The translations under genes were made by a program, and so were the position numbers. From Octopus bimaculoides (Eukaryota), in the NCBI RefSeq assembly GCF_001194135.2, contig NC_068982.1, positions 107,773,874-107,837,873 on the forward strand: a stretch of DNA of 64,000 bases. The letters are read 5' to 3'. The notes beneath the pieces are model-generated. The model searched no databases, was not told the origin of the DNA, and saw only the letters and a list, made by a program, of their open reading frames with translations. Below, in pieces: positions 38,542 to 52,099 of this stretch. Within the stretch, counting starts at the first letter, position 1. The number at the start of each line of letters is the position of its first letter.

Positions 38542-39878
38542 GAAAAGAAGGATTTGGAAGCTTAAGAACCCTTATCATGGTCAGAAATTTAGGGATATCC
38601 TTACCGAGAAATTTGATGACAGGGAGAAAGAGCTACAGTCCTGTGACATAAAAGGCAGCTGGGAATTCCTGTGAGACAGCTTGCTGAGTGCCACAGACCA
38701 AATCTGTAGGTGGTTCAAAGTCCCTTCCAGACCTAGAGTAACATGGTGGTGGAACAATACTGTAGATAGGGCCATTAGAGCAAAGAAACAGGTTTGGAAG
38801 GCCTGGAAGAGTGGGGGTAGCAAGGAACTGTATCAGACAGTGAAAAGGGAAGCTAGGAGACAGGTATATATAGCCAAGGGAGTAGCAGAAAAGAAGTTTG
38901 CCGGTGTTCTTTGGGGACCAAAGAACTGAAATATTTCAGATTCCTATGATGTCATAGGAGAGAAATGTGTCCGCATGGATGATGGTGCCCTTGTGTTAAT
39001 GATTCTGCAAAGAAAGAGGCTTGGAAATGCTGTTATGAAAAACTGCTGAATGTGGAGAATGAATGGGAAGAGAGGAGTCTGCCAAAGATTGACCCAATTG
39101 AGAAACCAGCTACCCAAATCGACAGTACCCTGGTAGATAAAGCAATTAAGGATATGAAGACAGGGAAAGCACTTGACCCATCAGGAATCACAGCTGAGAT
39201 GCTTAAAATATCGGGTGGTATGGGTTATGGTCTTATCATCCGCATCATAAATCAGGTAGTTCATGAAGGGGTCATATCCAATGACTGGTGTAGCAGCACC
39301 ATAGTCAACTGCTACAAGAGTAAAGGTAATGCTTTAGGTAGAAATAACTATAGGGGTATCAAATTATTGGATCAGGTGATGAAAGTTACAGAGAGGGTCA
39401 TAGCTCAACTAATTAGGGAGAGAGTTAACCTAGATGAGATACAGTTTGGTTTTGTGCCAGGCAGAAGCACCACTGATGCTTTAATTCTGATAAGGCAACT
39501 GCAGAAGAAATATCTAGCCAAAGATAAACCTCTGTACTTGGCTTTTGCTGACTTGGAGAAAGCCTATGACAGGGTCCCCGATCCCTTATCTGGTGGTCAA
39601 TGCAGAAACTGGGGATAGACGAGTGGTTGGTAAGAGCTGTACAAGCCCTGTACAGGGATGCTGTCAGTAAGGTGAGGGTTGGCAACAAGTATATTGAAGA
39701 ATTCCGAGTAGAAGTATGGGTTCACCAAAAATCAGTCCTCAGCCCCCTCTTATTCATTATAGTCCTCTTGGCAATCACAGAAGAATTCAAGACAGGCTGC
39801 CCCTGGGAGCTTCTCTATGCTGATGACCTTGCCCTAATAGCCGAGTCACTGCCAGTACTAGAGACAAAGTTTAGGGTG
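38542..39878 (+). mobile_element. RTE-clade LINE reverse transcriptase region, frameshifted and truncated
   Basis: ORFs 38681-38929, 39052-39618 (NYRGIKLL, QFGFVPGRSTTD, AFADLEKAYDRVP) and 39600 onward (VHQKSVLSPLLF, LLYADDLALIAES). Ends at a Tc1/mariner insertion. Confidence 0.92.
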
Positions 39879-39880
39879 TA

Positions 39881-40674
39881 CATAGTGCTATGGGTAAAAT
39901 GTTGCCATTTTATATTTTTAATTTCGCACATGTGCATTATTTGTTTTTGATTTTGTTGACTACACAGTATAGTAGGGTCAGTTGGGTACTGCTTGTGAGA
40001 AAAACAGCACCTTGATGCAATTTACTCAGCCAGAAATTTGGAAACATGCTGTACTGCTAGGCATTCGCACCAGAAGCTCCAAAACGAACATTTCAGAGTG
40101 TTCGGGTGTCAATTTGAGGACATGTACCAAAAGTGATAAAAATCAAACATCCACTCAGCATCATGGTGTTTGGAGTGAACACTAGTGATGCCGATGTCAT
40201 GCATCCATTCATCTTCTCACATGGCCTCAGACTCAACACGGAAGCCTTTATCAAGTGCCTGGATGAGGTAGTGCTGCCCTGGGTCAAGAGGGTGGCTGCT
40301 GGAAGACCATATATCTGGCAACAGGACACTGCACCATGCCCCACAAGGAGAACCTATTCATGGCTGTCAGGCAATTTCTGCATCCACATCACCCCTAACA
40401 TCTGGCCACCTAATTCCCCAGATTGCACCCCAGAAGGCAAGGATTATGGCAGCATTCACCAACTTACACGAGGAGACAGTCCAGAAGAGTTGCAGGAGAT
40501 TCTGAAGTCGTCTGGAAACCATGGTTGAAGCAAATGGCAATTTTATTGAATAAATTTACTGTTTAGTATTTCAAGATATTTTTATGTAATTTTGGTAAAT
40601 ATCTGTTAAAATGAGATCTCAATTTTATTTTCATTTTTGCGTAATTTAGACAACAGTTTATTCACCACACCCTG
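39881..40674 (+). mobile_element. Internally deleted Tc1/mariner-superfamily (maT/DD37D-like) transposon
   Basis: Catalytic-domain relic IMVFGVNTSDADVMHPFIF...LPWVKRVAAGRPYIWQQDTAPC...WPPNSPDC and C-terminus RLETMVEANGNFIE*. TA at both ends (39879-39880, 40675-40676); imperfect TIRs match at 18 of 26 nt including the TA. Confidence 0.8.
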
Positions 40675-42293
40675 TATATAATGAACTTCCACATTATTTC
40701 TGTCAACCAAACTCACAAAGCATAAAAATAGAACTCCACACCTTTGCTTTTGTCTAGTGACCATACCCATGTGCCCACTCAAATTGTACTTATATGACAA
40801 TTTCCTCAGTCCAGTTTAGTTACAAATGCATTAAATCCAACTTAATTTCTGCATTCCTATTGCCTAGTGAACAGCACTTTATCCAGTATAAAAAAAAAGT
40901 GGTTCACGTCACCCTTATATATTCAATTTTCTAGGTTATATTTTTTCTTTTTCCAAAGCAAAGCAGTGACAAATGCCAAAATTTCAGACTGCTCAAAGTT
41001 CTCTCTTTAAAACCTCCGAAAACTTTCTAAGTTAAAAACAATAGAGATCTGTGACCTAGTGTAAAAAGCTTTTCTTGATCCATCTTCAAACAACATTTTA
41101 AAAATAGTCATTAGTCATCAATATCAAAATCTGAAGGCATGTACAGAAGAGGGCTGTAACTACTTACACTCCTCTCCCCTTTATTATCTTACAACTTCAC
41201 CCTCTTTCCACCTCTTGTATATAAACCCTCCATTCATTGTCTTATATGTCTACACCTCCTTTGCTCAGGCACTCTTTGTCTGTTCTCAAACTACATTCCT
41301 TTTTCACACACACACCCTAAATTAGTCAGACATTGTCCATAATCTTAGCAAGGTCTTCTAGACAGGAGATGTTGCAGTTAATACTCAGTTTGAACATCTG
41401 TAGTCTGTTAATCTGTGTAGCAGTCAAATTTCCCTCAAATCACACCTATAATCTTAAAAATAGAAAATAAAAAGTATGCTGGATACAGCTATTCAGAATT
41501 CTTTGCACACACAAAAAAAAAATTAAGATGGCCATAGCTGTAATGCCCCTTGATGATAGGCATGTTAAATTTGAGTAACTTGAGATTACACACCACCATT
41601 GCCACAAGAAGATAACAGACTAAGGCTTGAAATGTTTTGAGAATATCTGTATTTTAGAGTATTCAACTATATTTCAGAGAAATATAGCTTAGAATAATAT
41701 AAATTATAAATTTTGCAAAGAGTTATCAATGAATTGAAATAAAAATATCTGAAAATACCAAAATAGGGGAAAAAAAATATCTCAGACTAATATAAGAGCA
41801 GAAATGAAAGAACAATACCCTTGACTTTTGCAGGTCATATCAATGCAGATAATGCCCACTTAATTGAAGAGAGGTAAATCAAAGGGTTTTAATGATTTAA
41901 GTAAAAATGATTGGACAAACCATTAAGTACTAGATTAAAGGAAGAAGGGCAGTAGGGATGATGAGAGATGTAATGGCCAGACTGAAGGTGATCAGCAGCT
42001 TGCTAGCTCAAAAGAGCAGAGGACAGTGTAGTAACACTATGCCTGTGAGCAAGCATAGTACATTGGTGACTGAATCCTTGCCAATTGGCCCGATGGACTT
42101 CTAGATGCTGTATGAGATGCAAGTGTGTAATAACAGCAACATTCCAGATATATAAGCAAATATTCCAAGAAAGTTCATAAATTTTTTTTGCACAGTATCA
42201 AGTGATCAGAGATTGGTTATGAAAAAACCTAGTCTTTGAGATGCAATTTTGAGAATATGCCACAAGAGATAATCAGTAATAATGTGCCCTTAA

Positions 42294-42505
42294 CCCTTTA
42301 GCATATAAACCAGTCATATCCAGTCCAAAGAGTGTACATGGTTTATGTCCAAACTAGCCAGATCCAGCCTCTCACACCTACCCTACGATGTTATTCTAAA
42401 AATAACAAACACATCATTAAAAACCAGAAGCTAATGCACAATTAATTCAAAACATTGTAAATAAATAAGCATTACATTTGACAGAGTGATCTGGATACTA
42501 AAAGG
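42294..42505. mobile_element. piggyBac-like MITE with TTAA target duplications
   Basis: TTAA|CCCTTTAG ... CTAAAAGG|TTAA (TTAA at 42290-42293 and 42506-42509). A second, interrupted copy lies at about 56100-56640. Confidence 0.75.
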
Positions 42506-42557
42506 TTAAGCTAATTTTATTGATTCCCAAAGTTTTAGTTTGTCAAGTAAATCAATC

Positions 42558-42595
<38 letters not shown>

Positions 42596-43512
42596 AGTGA
42601 ATTGAAAATGAACTTTGAATTGTCATCAAAATATGAAAACTGATGATAAACTGATCATTTTGATTCATGAACACAAATTTGAAAGGTATAACTTTTCTAG
42701 GCTTGTTCAGCTGTTACACCAGTCTTAATAAACTTATTAGAAATATGCCAAAAATATTCATATTACAGGTGTCACACTAAATGTAGTTTGTTCTAAACCT
42801 CTACATTTGAAAAGATTAACATTTATTTTTTAAATCAATAATAATGAAGAGGAAACTATAAGTCATGCATTTTAAAATTTCTAATACTAACAATATTTAT
42901 TTTATCATAATTATTTCACAGATAAAAGCTGTTTCTTTCTTTCATATTTTATAATAAACATTTATTATGGCATTATTCTTGATTACTCTTCAGCTATTTT
43001 ATATCTTGTCATCTTGTCCCAACCCAAACATTCCTAATCATTTGTTGTGAGAACATAAACAGCTTATTGATTGCATGTCCACATCTGCTAATTACTACAT
43101 GTCATCTTTGACAACTCAAATTCATATTTGTTTCCAGCTTCTGCTTTTCCTGCTCGCATTTCATAATCAAAAAGAAACAAAAAAAAAAAAGTAATCATTT
43201 TATGTTACCTTATAAATAAATGGTCGTCATCAATTGTAAACAACGTAAATTCCCAAAATTAATTTCCATAAGATAAGCTGAAGTTGAGAAACTGATAAAT
43301 TCACATAAAGAGAAATTATCTAAAACTTATAAAATTACTTGAAGATAAGCATGGTTGTGTTGTTAAGAAATCACTTTACAGCTATGTGGTTTCAGGTTCA
43401 CTCCCATTGTACACCTTTAGCAGGTATCATCTATAGCTTCAAACTAGCAAATACCTTGCAAGTGAATTAAGCAAACAGAAATTGTGGAAGCCCTTTGTGC
43501 ACACACCCACAC

Positions 43513-43543
<31 letters not shown>

Positions 43544-43674
43544 CTCACATGTGTATATGTCTGTGTTTGCTCCCTCATCACCATACAATCAGTGGTGGCT
43601 TAATTTAGCAGTTCAGCAAAAGAGATAGATAGAATAAATACCAGACTTTCAAAAATAAGTACTAAGATCAATTT

Positions 43675-44500
43675 AATACAGTTCTATATTTAAGAGATGA
43701 GGAATTATGTACATTATTTACATTTGACGGATATTTGTCCTCATCTTGTTTGTTTCGGCTGATATACCCTCCAGCCTTTATCAGGGTTCTTGGAGAAATA
43801 TCGAACCCGGGTTCTCATTCCTAAGGTATCTTTTGATGTTATTATTCAGGTTACTGCCAGAGCTGCATGGGATGGAGTACACAGTTTTTGGTCATATTCT
43901 CTTCTATTGGTGGTTTTACTCGAAGGAGATATTTGCATCTCATGCAGCTATGGTAGGTTATACAAAGGCGAAACATTCCGCCCCCTCAAAATAAGGGTAG
44001 AGGAACATCGCAAAGCTGTGACACAAGGAGATATTGATAAATCGGTTATAGCTGATCATGTTTAGAAAAATGGAGACCACCTCCCCCTGTGGGATGAAGT
44101 TAAAATAATAGACAGAGAACACCACTGGAAAATATGAAAACTAAAAGAAGCAGCACATATGCTAGGACACAACAACCTCCTAAGCAGACTGAGTGCAGAT
44201 ATGAATAGCATATGGGAACCAGTATTAAGGAAGGATAGGAAACTATTAAATTTATAAGCCCTAAAATTCACTCTATAATTGCCCACGGGCAAATGGCATA
44301 GTGGTTAAGAGCGTGGGCTACTAACTCCAAGATTCCAAGTTCGATTCCAATAATAATTACATCAAAAAATACCTTAAGAATGAGAACCCAGGTTCAAAAT
44401 TTCCCCAAGACACCTGATGAAGGCTGGAGGGTATATGAACTGAAACGCTGTGTTAACAACAAACAAGATGAGGACAAATATCCGTCAAATGTAAATAATG
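43675..44500 (+). mobile_element. Penelope-like element fragment: GIY-YIG endonuclease C-terminus with inverted pseudo-LTRs
   Basis: SCSYGRLYKGETFRPLKIRVEEHRKAVTQGDIDKSVIADHV is the YIGET.R.L..R..EH part of GIY-YIG. About 43708-43850 is an inverted copy of about 44352-44500. A 12-bp TSD taagatcaattt lies at 43663-43674 and 44501-44512. Confidence 0.85.
44409..44454 (+). ncRNA. Degenerate minimal type I hammerhead ribozyme in the PLE pseudo-LTR
   Basis: gacac-CTGATGA-aggctggagggtatatgaact-GAAAC-gct-gtgtt. The inverted copy (43752-43785, minus strand) reads CTGATAA-aGGCTG-gagggtatat-CAGCC-GAAAC with stem II intact. Confidence 0.6.
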
Positions 44501-45919
44501 TAAGATCAATTTGTTCAACTAAACCCTTTAAAGTGGTGTCCCAGTATGGCCATAGCCTAATGACTGAAATACATAAAAGGTATATACATATTGTAAGGAA
44601 CATCAACAACTCAATCAGTAAATGTCAATTCTTTTTCATTTCTAAAATGGTCAGCAATGCAAATAAATCTATTAAAAGAAAAAATAATAAAATTTCCTTG
44701 TCATAATCTCAGTCTGTGTTTCTTGAAGGTAGGGGGACTCTGAAGATTGAAAAGAGGTGGACTATGTTTGATAAAATTAAAGTGGTTTTAAACATTTTAA
44801 GCTTGTGCAACACCATTGTGAAGAAAATATGATAAGAATGAAAACTATTTTGTGGCCTCATTAATAAAGAGAAATTTTGTTAATTTTTTTCAGCGTAGGG
44901 TTAGTCAGTTTGATTGCCATTGATCTAAGTACAAATGTAAACCATCAACAATGTCTTCCGTGCATGAGTAACATCTAAAATGCTTCAAAACACTTCCCAG
45001 GAAATTTGTTGAACTTTTTTTTTACACAATGTGACTTCTTTGTGAAATTGACTTTTTCTTGCATTTCTTTTTAATAGATTGTTATTTAGCTCCAGGACAG
45101 CACTGATTCAACAGACTATTTCAGATATTGTATATTTAAGATTAATTCAACCAATGTAGCTTTAAGGCTACAGGCTATTAATAAAAGAGTAGTTTGGCTG
45201 TTATGTCTAGCAGACTGAACAACATGAACTCTTTTGTTGGCTCATCTTTTTTTAAATAGAGGAACTGAATTGTAGAGATATTTGTGCTTTGTCTATTATG
45301 TTTTTAAATTGAAGTTCTTACTTTTCAAAAATGTGTAGAGATATCCAATTCAAAGTCAACTAGTCACATGTCATAGATTTGTGAATAACTGAACAAATAG
45401 AGCTGCTTTTTTTCATCAGTTTCAGTTTGTCATCAGCAACAACTACAATGATAATTGCAATAGAAATGGTTCAGATAGTCCTGTTGTCATCCTACCTATT
45501 TGTAAGAAATTACATAAAACTCATCATTTATAAAGATAATCTATGTCGGTTTTTTTTTCCCCCCCCACCTTTGGCAACAAACATTATGAACACAGCAGGA
45601 AGACTACAAAAATACCCAAAATATCTACTTGTATAAAAAATACTTCACAGACATTACATATCAGTAAAAAATAAGGATGGGATTCATGAAGAAACAACGG
45701 GAATTGCAATATTGACAAATACCAAAACAAATTAAAAAGCAAAAGCTTTTTGGATAAAAACCAAACTACAGAAAGAATATTAATCTGGAAGGAGTAATTG
45801 CTGAATAAGCTTTCTGAACAAAATGAGTCGTAGCCTACCTAATCAGTCAGTGCATTCAACTAGTAATCAATAAGTTTCAGATCCGTTTTAATATTTTCCA
45901 CTAAACAAAACCCGATAAA

Positions 45920-46120
45920 TGGCAAAATTGGTAGAGCACCAGATAAAATTTTACAGTATTTAGCTATGTCTCTTTACATTTAGACTTCAAATCCTGTCAG
46001 AGTGGACTTTGCCTTCCATCAACCTAGGCTTGGTAAAATAAGATCCAGTTAAATACTGGTGTCAAATCAACTACATCCCTTCCCAATAAAAAATGTGGTC
46101 TTCTACCAATGTTGGAAATT
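45920..46120 (+). mobile_element. SINE family M copy (degenerate)
   Basis: ggcaaaattggtagagc...cttcaaatcctgtcagagtggactttgccttccatc...ggtaaaataagatccagtt...ggtcttctaccaatgttggaaatt. Confidence 0.6.
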
Positions 46121-46984
46121 AATATTTACCACTAAACAGTTAAATGATTTACAAAGCTAATGATTTGGGCAGTGCAGACATAATTCCAACTGGCAGGTAA
46201 AATTGTTAATAAATGTACACATTGAATTTAGATTTTTTAATTAAATTTAAAACAATATTACTAACAAACCTTAAATTAGATAAATATTAAGGTTAAATTC
46301 ATTAGCCTCTAATGTGATTCTTTACAATGAAAATTGCAATAATGAAGCAGTCAATAAAAGTCAAACTAGATTGCTTGAAATTACATTGGAAATGACTAAA
46401 CTAATAAACAACATCCAACAGGAACCAACACTTCAGATGTATACAGAATTTTATTAGATAAATATTCTGTTAAAAATAAACCATAACTAAAAAAAATTGG
46501 TTTATATGTTAAATACCCTGAGTTAAGTTAGATACTGGAACATTACTGATCCATCAAAATATTAACCTGATATTATTCGCTAATATAACATGAAATCATA
46601 AAAGTTTTGACCTTAGTTTGAATTTAATGTACAAGTCTTAAAAAGTATAAGACAATGAAAAGTAGGAGTAAAAATTAATTTGTTTCTAGACAATAGGAAT
46701 TATACTTTGCAAATAAAACTGAAGTCCTCACCAAAAACTATTTGGCACTTAAAAAAAAAAGAAAATGTTCCAAATGTTTGCATTATATAATTTGTATGTA
46801 ACTATTTCAAGTTCCTAAAATAAATTTTATGAAATTGTAATACTGCAGAAAACACTATTTTTCACAGTATGAATGAGATAACTTTTATGATAGGTATTAC
46901 TGAGATTTATTCTATGTCTGGTTTCTTTGCTCTTTTGTATACATAAACCAAATATATATATATATTAATTCACATTGAGAATTT

Positions 46985-46992
46985 CTTATAAA

Positions 46993-47066
<74 letters not shown>
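46985..47066 (+). repeat. Long (TG)n microsatellite of about 80 bp
   Basis: Uninterrupted TG run. Other runs include (TA)n at about 2026-2072, 5395-5428, 31951-31991 and 35709-35742, (TG)n at about 42560-42592 and (GA)n at about 49728-49772. Confidence 0.95.
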
Positions 47067-47070
<4 letters not shown>

Positions 47071-47379
47071 AATATCTCCATGAGCATGTATGTGTGAGTG
47101 AGTTTGTATATCCCCCTCCGCTACATGTATGTTCACTGTTTGTAAACAAAAGCATTGCTGTTCATACAGGCTGTGTTGTATGCTTGCAGTCCACTGCAAA
47201 AGCACATCAGGGTTTGACAAGTCTCAACAAGTTGCACGCTCTTTATAAAAAAATGGAGCATTCAAACAAGAATGTTTGCTTCCAGTTTTCCTTGAAACTA
47301 TGTCCGGGTTGTTCATTGTTTAATAGACTAGGATATTATTACCATGCTGGGAATCAGGTGAGGGTTGGCACCAAGAAGA

Positions 47380-47705
47380 GTTTTGCAACCACATGGTTCT
47401 GGTTTACATTGCACAGTATCTTGGGCAAGTATCTTCTACTATAGCCCCTAAGCTGAACAATATCTTGTGAGTGAATTCGGTAGGCAGAAACTGTTTGGAA
47501 TCCCATCATGTGTGTATTTCTCTGTTTGTCCCCCACCTCCTGCAAAACAACCAGAGTTGGTTTCTTTAAGAGTTCAACTAAAGAAATTGACAGAATAAGC
47601 ACCAGACTTAAGTACTGGGGTTGATTTGTTTAACTAATTATTTCATGGGAATGCCCTAGAATGGCCACAGCCGATTACTGAAACAAGTAAAAGCATAAAA
47701 GAATA
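47380..47705 (+). mobile_element. SINE family A copy, preceded by a family-B-like segment
   Basis: gcaaccacatggttc...gggcaagtatcttctactatagcc...gtactggggttgatttg...atggccacagccgattactgaaacaagtaaaag. Confidence 0.65.
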
Positions 47706-48857
47706 ATGTTTACAGCAAAGTATTGTAAACAGAAGCAAACAGAGAGTTGTGGGTGTCAGTTGTAATGTGATAAAATTTTAGTATTTTGATGTCCTTACAA
47801 CAAAACGCAACATAGCTATATTTAGAAGAACTTTTTGAAAAACTCTAAAATGAGAACATTTTCCAAAATTTCATTTGTAAAAAAAATTTAAATATTTTGA
47901 AAATCCTGTTATTTTCTTGGTCCTAAAAAAATCATTTTCACATCAAAAGAAAAGAATTCCATTCATGCTAAATGACTACATGAGTACAGTGAAGTGAATG
48001 TTATCTATTAATCTCTCTCCTTTTATCACTCATCTTTTTATTACTGTTGCTATTTTAAATATAATTATCTTCACCATTGTTCAATCTAGAGCAATAAAAT
48101 AACTATTATATATANNNNNNNNNNTAAAAAAGCTGAAGCTTCTCGAATCATAATTTTTCATAATTTTTACTGATTATTCAAACACTTGAAGTTGGGAAGT
48201 AGTATACAAGTACAGATATATAGAGATTTTGACTGGTTGCCAGGATAATTTAATAAATGTGCTGCACATACATCTAAACAACTGCACACACAGAACATGC
48301 TATTTTCACATCTTTGGCATCATGTGTATAAAACACACTTAAGCAAGAAAAGAAGGTGCTCTTAATGAAATTTTAGAGTTTTTTAAAAATTATATGACTA
48401 TCTTTTAGTATATGGCAAATCTATTATGTAGGAAATAAACTGTTTTAACTAGTTGATAGTTGGAAATTCCTTAACAGCAATAGATGTGCTTACAGAGATT
48501 CACCAATTCCCATTTTTTGTTCAAAATTGCAACAAGCAAAGAGACAAAGTTCACACTTGGAACAAAGAATGTGAAAGGACATATGCTCCATTTGATTTTG
48601 TAAATGTTAATAATTATGATCAATTAAACTGAAGATATATTTGGATAATTTAGTGATAAGATGTCTTGTGGTGTAAGGATCTTTTAAAAAAAAATTTCCA
48701 GGAAACTCTATATAGCTTTTGTTTCATGATTACTTGAAAGGGAAACCTTAGCTTAATAAAGACACATAACATTAAGAGGGCAGATATGAAGGTTGTTACA
48801 ATTACATACATTATCTTCTAACTGCAGTTTTCATTTATGAAACTATTTTTAGAAGTA

Positions 48858-48989
48858 ACTTGGCGTTAGGAAGTACATCCAACCATAGAAACCATGCCAA
48901 ATCAAACTAAAACTTGGTGCAGCTCTCCAGCTCTGGTGAAGCCATCCAACCCATGCCAGCATGGACAACAGATAGATGATGATGATGAA
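48858..48989 (+). mobile_element. RTE 3' tail fragment
   Basis: ttggcgttaggaagtacatcc...catccaacccatgccagcatgga...gatgatgatga. Confidence 0.7.
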
Positions 48990-49149
48990 GACAATGAGAG
49001 AGAGAGTGGGGGGGGGGGGTAAATTTAATATTAAAAATTTGAATTTTTTTTCACATTGGTAACAAAATGTGAAGTATTTACTGAAAATATAAGCTTCAAA
49101 ATAATGATTAATAAATGCCTACCTCTAACATGACCAGAAACTGCATTAC

Positions 49150-49560
49150 AATAGACCAGCCTTCCTTTTCAGAGCTAGAAAATACTTCAACCTCAGCAAC
49201 TACATACACACAAGCATCCTAGACCACATAAAAAGGTGTTGGGTGACTACTGAACGGAAAATAGCATGAAGTTGCTCATCAACACATGGCCACAACTATG
49301 GCACAAAAACATTATTTCCTCTCAGTGCATTTTTTATTGCTACAACAGTGGCTTTGCTCTTTAAAGCAGACCTGATTTTGTACTACCTCCATTCATGCAC
49401 CTGACTCATTTTACTTCCTTTTATCACCCATATTGTGAACACCAAGGCCCCAGAATGTAAGATCTCTGAAATTTCTTCCCTGCACAAGTCTTTCCAGCTG
49501 TCATCAACTTGAAAATGTTCAAGAGGAATGTTAATCATGTTGTCTCACTAATATTGGGCA
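49150..49560 (+). mobile_element. CR1-like LINE 3' end fragment
   Basis: Relic FRARKYFN... and ...QVFPAVINLKMFKRNVNHVVSL* resemble the CR1-group ORF2 C-terminus. Confidence 0.45.
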
Positions 49561-49717
49561 TGTGAAGCTTATGAAGCAAAACATCTTCCTCCAGACTAAC
49601 CCGATGAGAGAAAAGAGAACTTAGAAAGAAATTCTCTGACCTTCAGTTACATTCGCTCAGCACAATTTGAGAGAGGAGGGGATAGAGATATAGAGATAGA
49701 CATATATATATATATAT

Positions 49718-49772
<55 letters not shown>

Positions 49773-52099
49773 NNNNNNNNNNNNNNNNNNNNNNNNNNNN
49801 NNNNNNNNNNNNNNNNNNNNNNNNNNNNNNNNNNNNNNNNNNNNNNNNNNNNNNNNNNNNNNNNNNNNNNNNNNNNNNNNNNNNNNNNNNNNNNNNNNNN
49901 NNNNNNNNNNNNNNNNNNNNNNNNNNNNNNNNNNNNNNNNNNNNNNNNNNNNNNCAATTTTTTTTTTTTTTTTTTTTCATCCAGCAGTATTTCTAATTAT
50001 ATGATGTTAGTTTTGACAATTATATATTTAGAGTTGTCATCCACTTTACACCACATAAATCTAGCTTTATGAACCATCTTGGTTGGTAAAGAATTTAATA
50101 ATAGATAAAAGAACTTAATAGAAATTTCTAATACAGTAATTTATATGTGAAAAATTTTCAAAGAAAAAAAATCTCAAGAAATCTTGATTAATAACCAAAT
50201 CATAAGGAAAAAATATCAAATACTTTTAACAGACTTTTTATATTGACCAAAAGACAGTTTAAAAACTTCTACACTTAAGCTAAGTGTTCACTATTTTAGT
50301 TATTACTAGGTCAAACTGCTTTTGCTTTATTTCATTGTATTTTTAGCTTACACTAAATTGCCTATGTGTGACTGCATTGTGACTAACAAAATGCTATTAC
50401 ACTCACAAATTGAAATATTTTACATTATAAATTATAGAAACCTATTAACAAGAGATTTGATTTTAAAAACCAATATTAAGAATTCATTAATTAATAAAAG
50501 TAAACTTCAAAAAAATGTATTTCATTTACGTATGAAACAATATTAACAGTTGACAATATTAATAACAGAAATTCAGATTATTTTTATATCTAACCATTGT
50601 TTAAAATGGAGCCCAGTACTATTTGGTCATAATTTAAGACAATTTCATAACCACCAAACAAATGAGTATGGAAATGTTTAGAAAAAGTAGAATTGTGTTA
50701 AATTATACAAAGAAATAAATAACATTACATTTTTTACTGAGCAAACAACATATATCTCCATGAAGGGGTGACATTAGTATTAATGAGTCCAGTTAGTAAG
50801 CTAATAGTTGAAGGTCTGTTGGTATTTAAAAACTGACAAGCTACATCTTGGTTTCAAATGGAATGAATGTACAATTTTTATGAAGACATTAATACTAATG
50901 AATGATGAGAATTAGCTTGGTAGAAAAACATTGAAATGGCAATCACAAAGTACCTCATTTTAAACTTATGTCTGTAGTTGGTCTTACTGGGGTAGGTATG
51001 AATAAAGCCTGTGAATATTTAACACATCAAGCACAGAATTTATTTATAGACAAACAATGCTATATATTAAATTTTTTTCTATTCTGCCAAGTATAACAGC
51101 ACACTTAAAATTAAGGTAATATTTGAGTAAATGAATGGGAGAGAGAGGGAGGAACAAAAGGAAGAGGAGGCCAAATAAATATGAGAAATATTTGTCAAGT
51201 CTGACAACTTGATGGCATGCAAGTAGTCAATGAAATGTCAGCTATTAAGTCACTCCCTACAGCAACTATGTAGGAAATACACTGTAGAGGTGAGTATGTC
51301 AAATTTAAACTTGAAACAAACATAAGCATCTAGTAATTATTATTTAATAAAATTTTCACTTCTATTTTGAAAACTGATAAAACACCAATTACATTATTCT
51401 AATAATTACATTCATACCAAATGGTAGACATATCTTACACTGTCCTATATGTTTATAACAAAAACTATAAAATCAGCAAATTAAAATACTTTTAACTGTA
51501 AGTTAGTGAATAAGGCTTAATAATAAGTTGCATGGCATAAATAAATTTCCTCAAGCTACAAAAAAAGTGTATGTAGAGTAATATATGTATATACTTTTGT
51601 ACACTTAGATAATATATATTACTCATCACTTCAAGGTCTCCCCTCTAAGCAACAATGATTAAACATTTGCACAATGTATTTCCATTGGTCTCCTATTTCA
51701 TATAATCAATATGGCCCAAGTTTCTGTAAAAGTTATTTTAATCACAATAAAGAATAAGTATCAAAATTCATATGGCACTTGATCAAATGGAGTAGCGAAT
51801 GGTTTGAACTCAGTTAAATACAAGCAAAACTCCGAGTCTAGTTCATTCATGACAACACAGTAAATACGTCATCCATATGTACATCACACATCTTCACTAA
51901 ATTCATCATCAAGCCAAATACATTGTTGGAAAATTTACGTCATACTTTTTGTCTACTGAGTAGGTACACCACTAAATATTAAAGTTTTTATTTGCACAGC
52001 AAATACATTGCATTCCATTACCAATGTTAAAAAATTCAAAGATAAAGCATTATTAAATGTACTCAAATTAAACATTAAAAAAAGTCATATCCAAAAATG

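Larger units (their letters stand above)
43345..44580 (+). mobile_element. SINE family A copy split by a Penelope-like insertion
   Basis: Head and core at 43345-43674; the tail resumes at 44501 (taagatcaatttgttcaactaaaccc...atggccatagcctaatgactgaaa). Confidence 0.7.

Noticed and set aside
44287-44348. Call as a true tRNA gene
   Set aside because: Acceptor stem pairing and a terminator are not evident and it is embedded in a TE, so it is treated as a tRNA-derived module.
46912-47444. His-Thr and Cys-Val repeat ORFs
   Set aside because: Translations of the (TG)n microsatellite.
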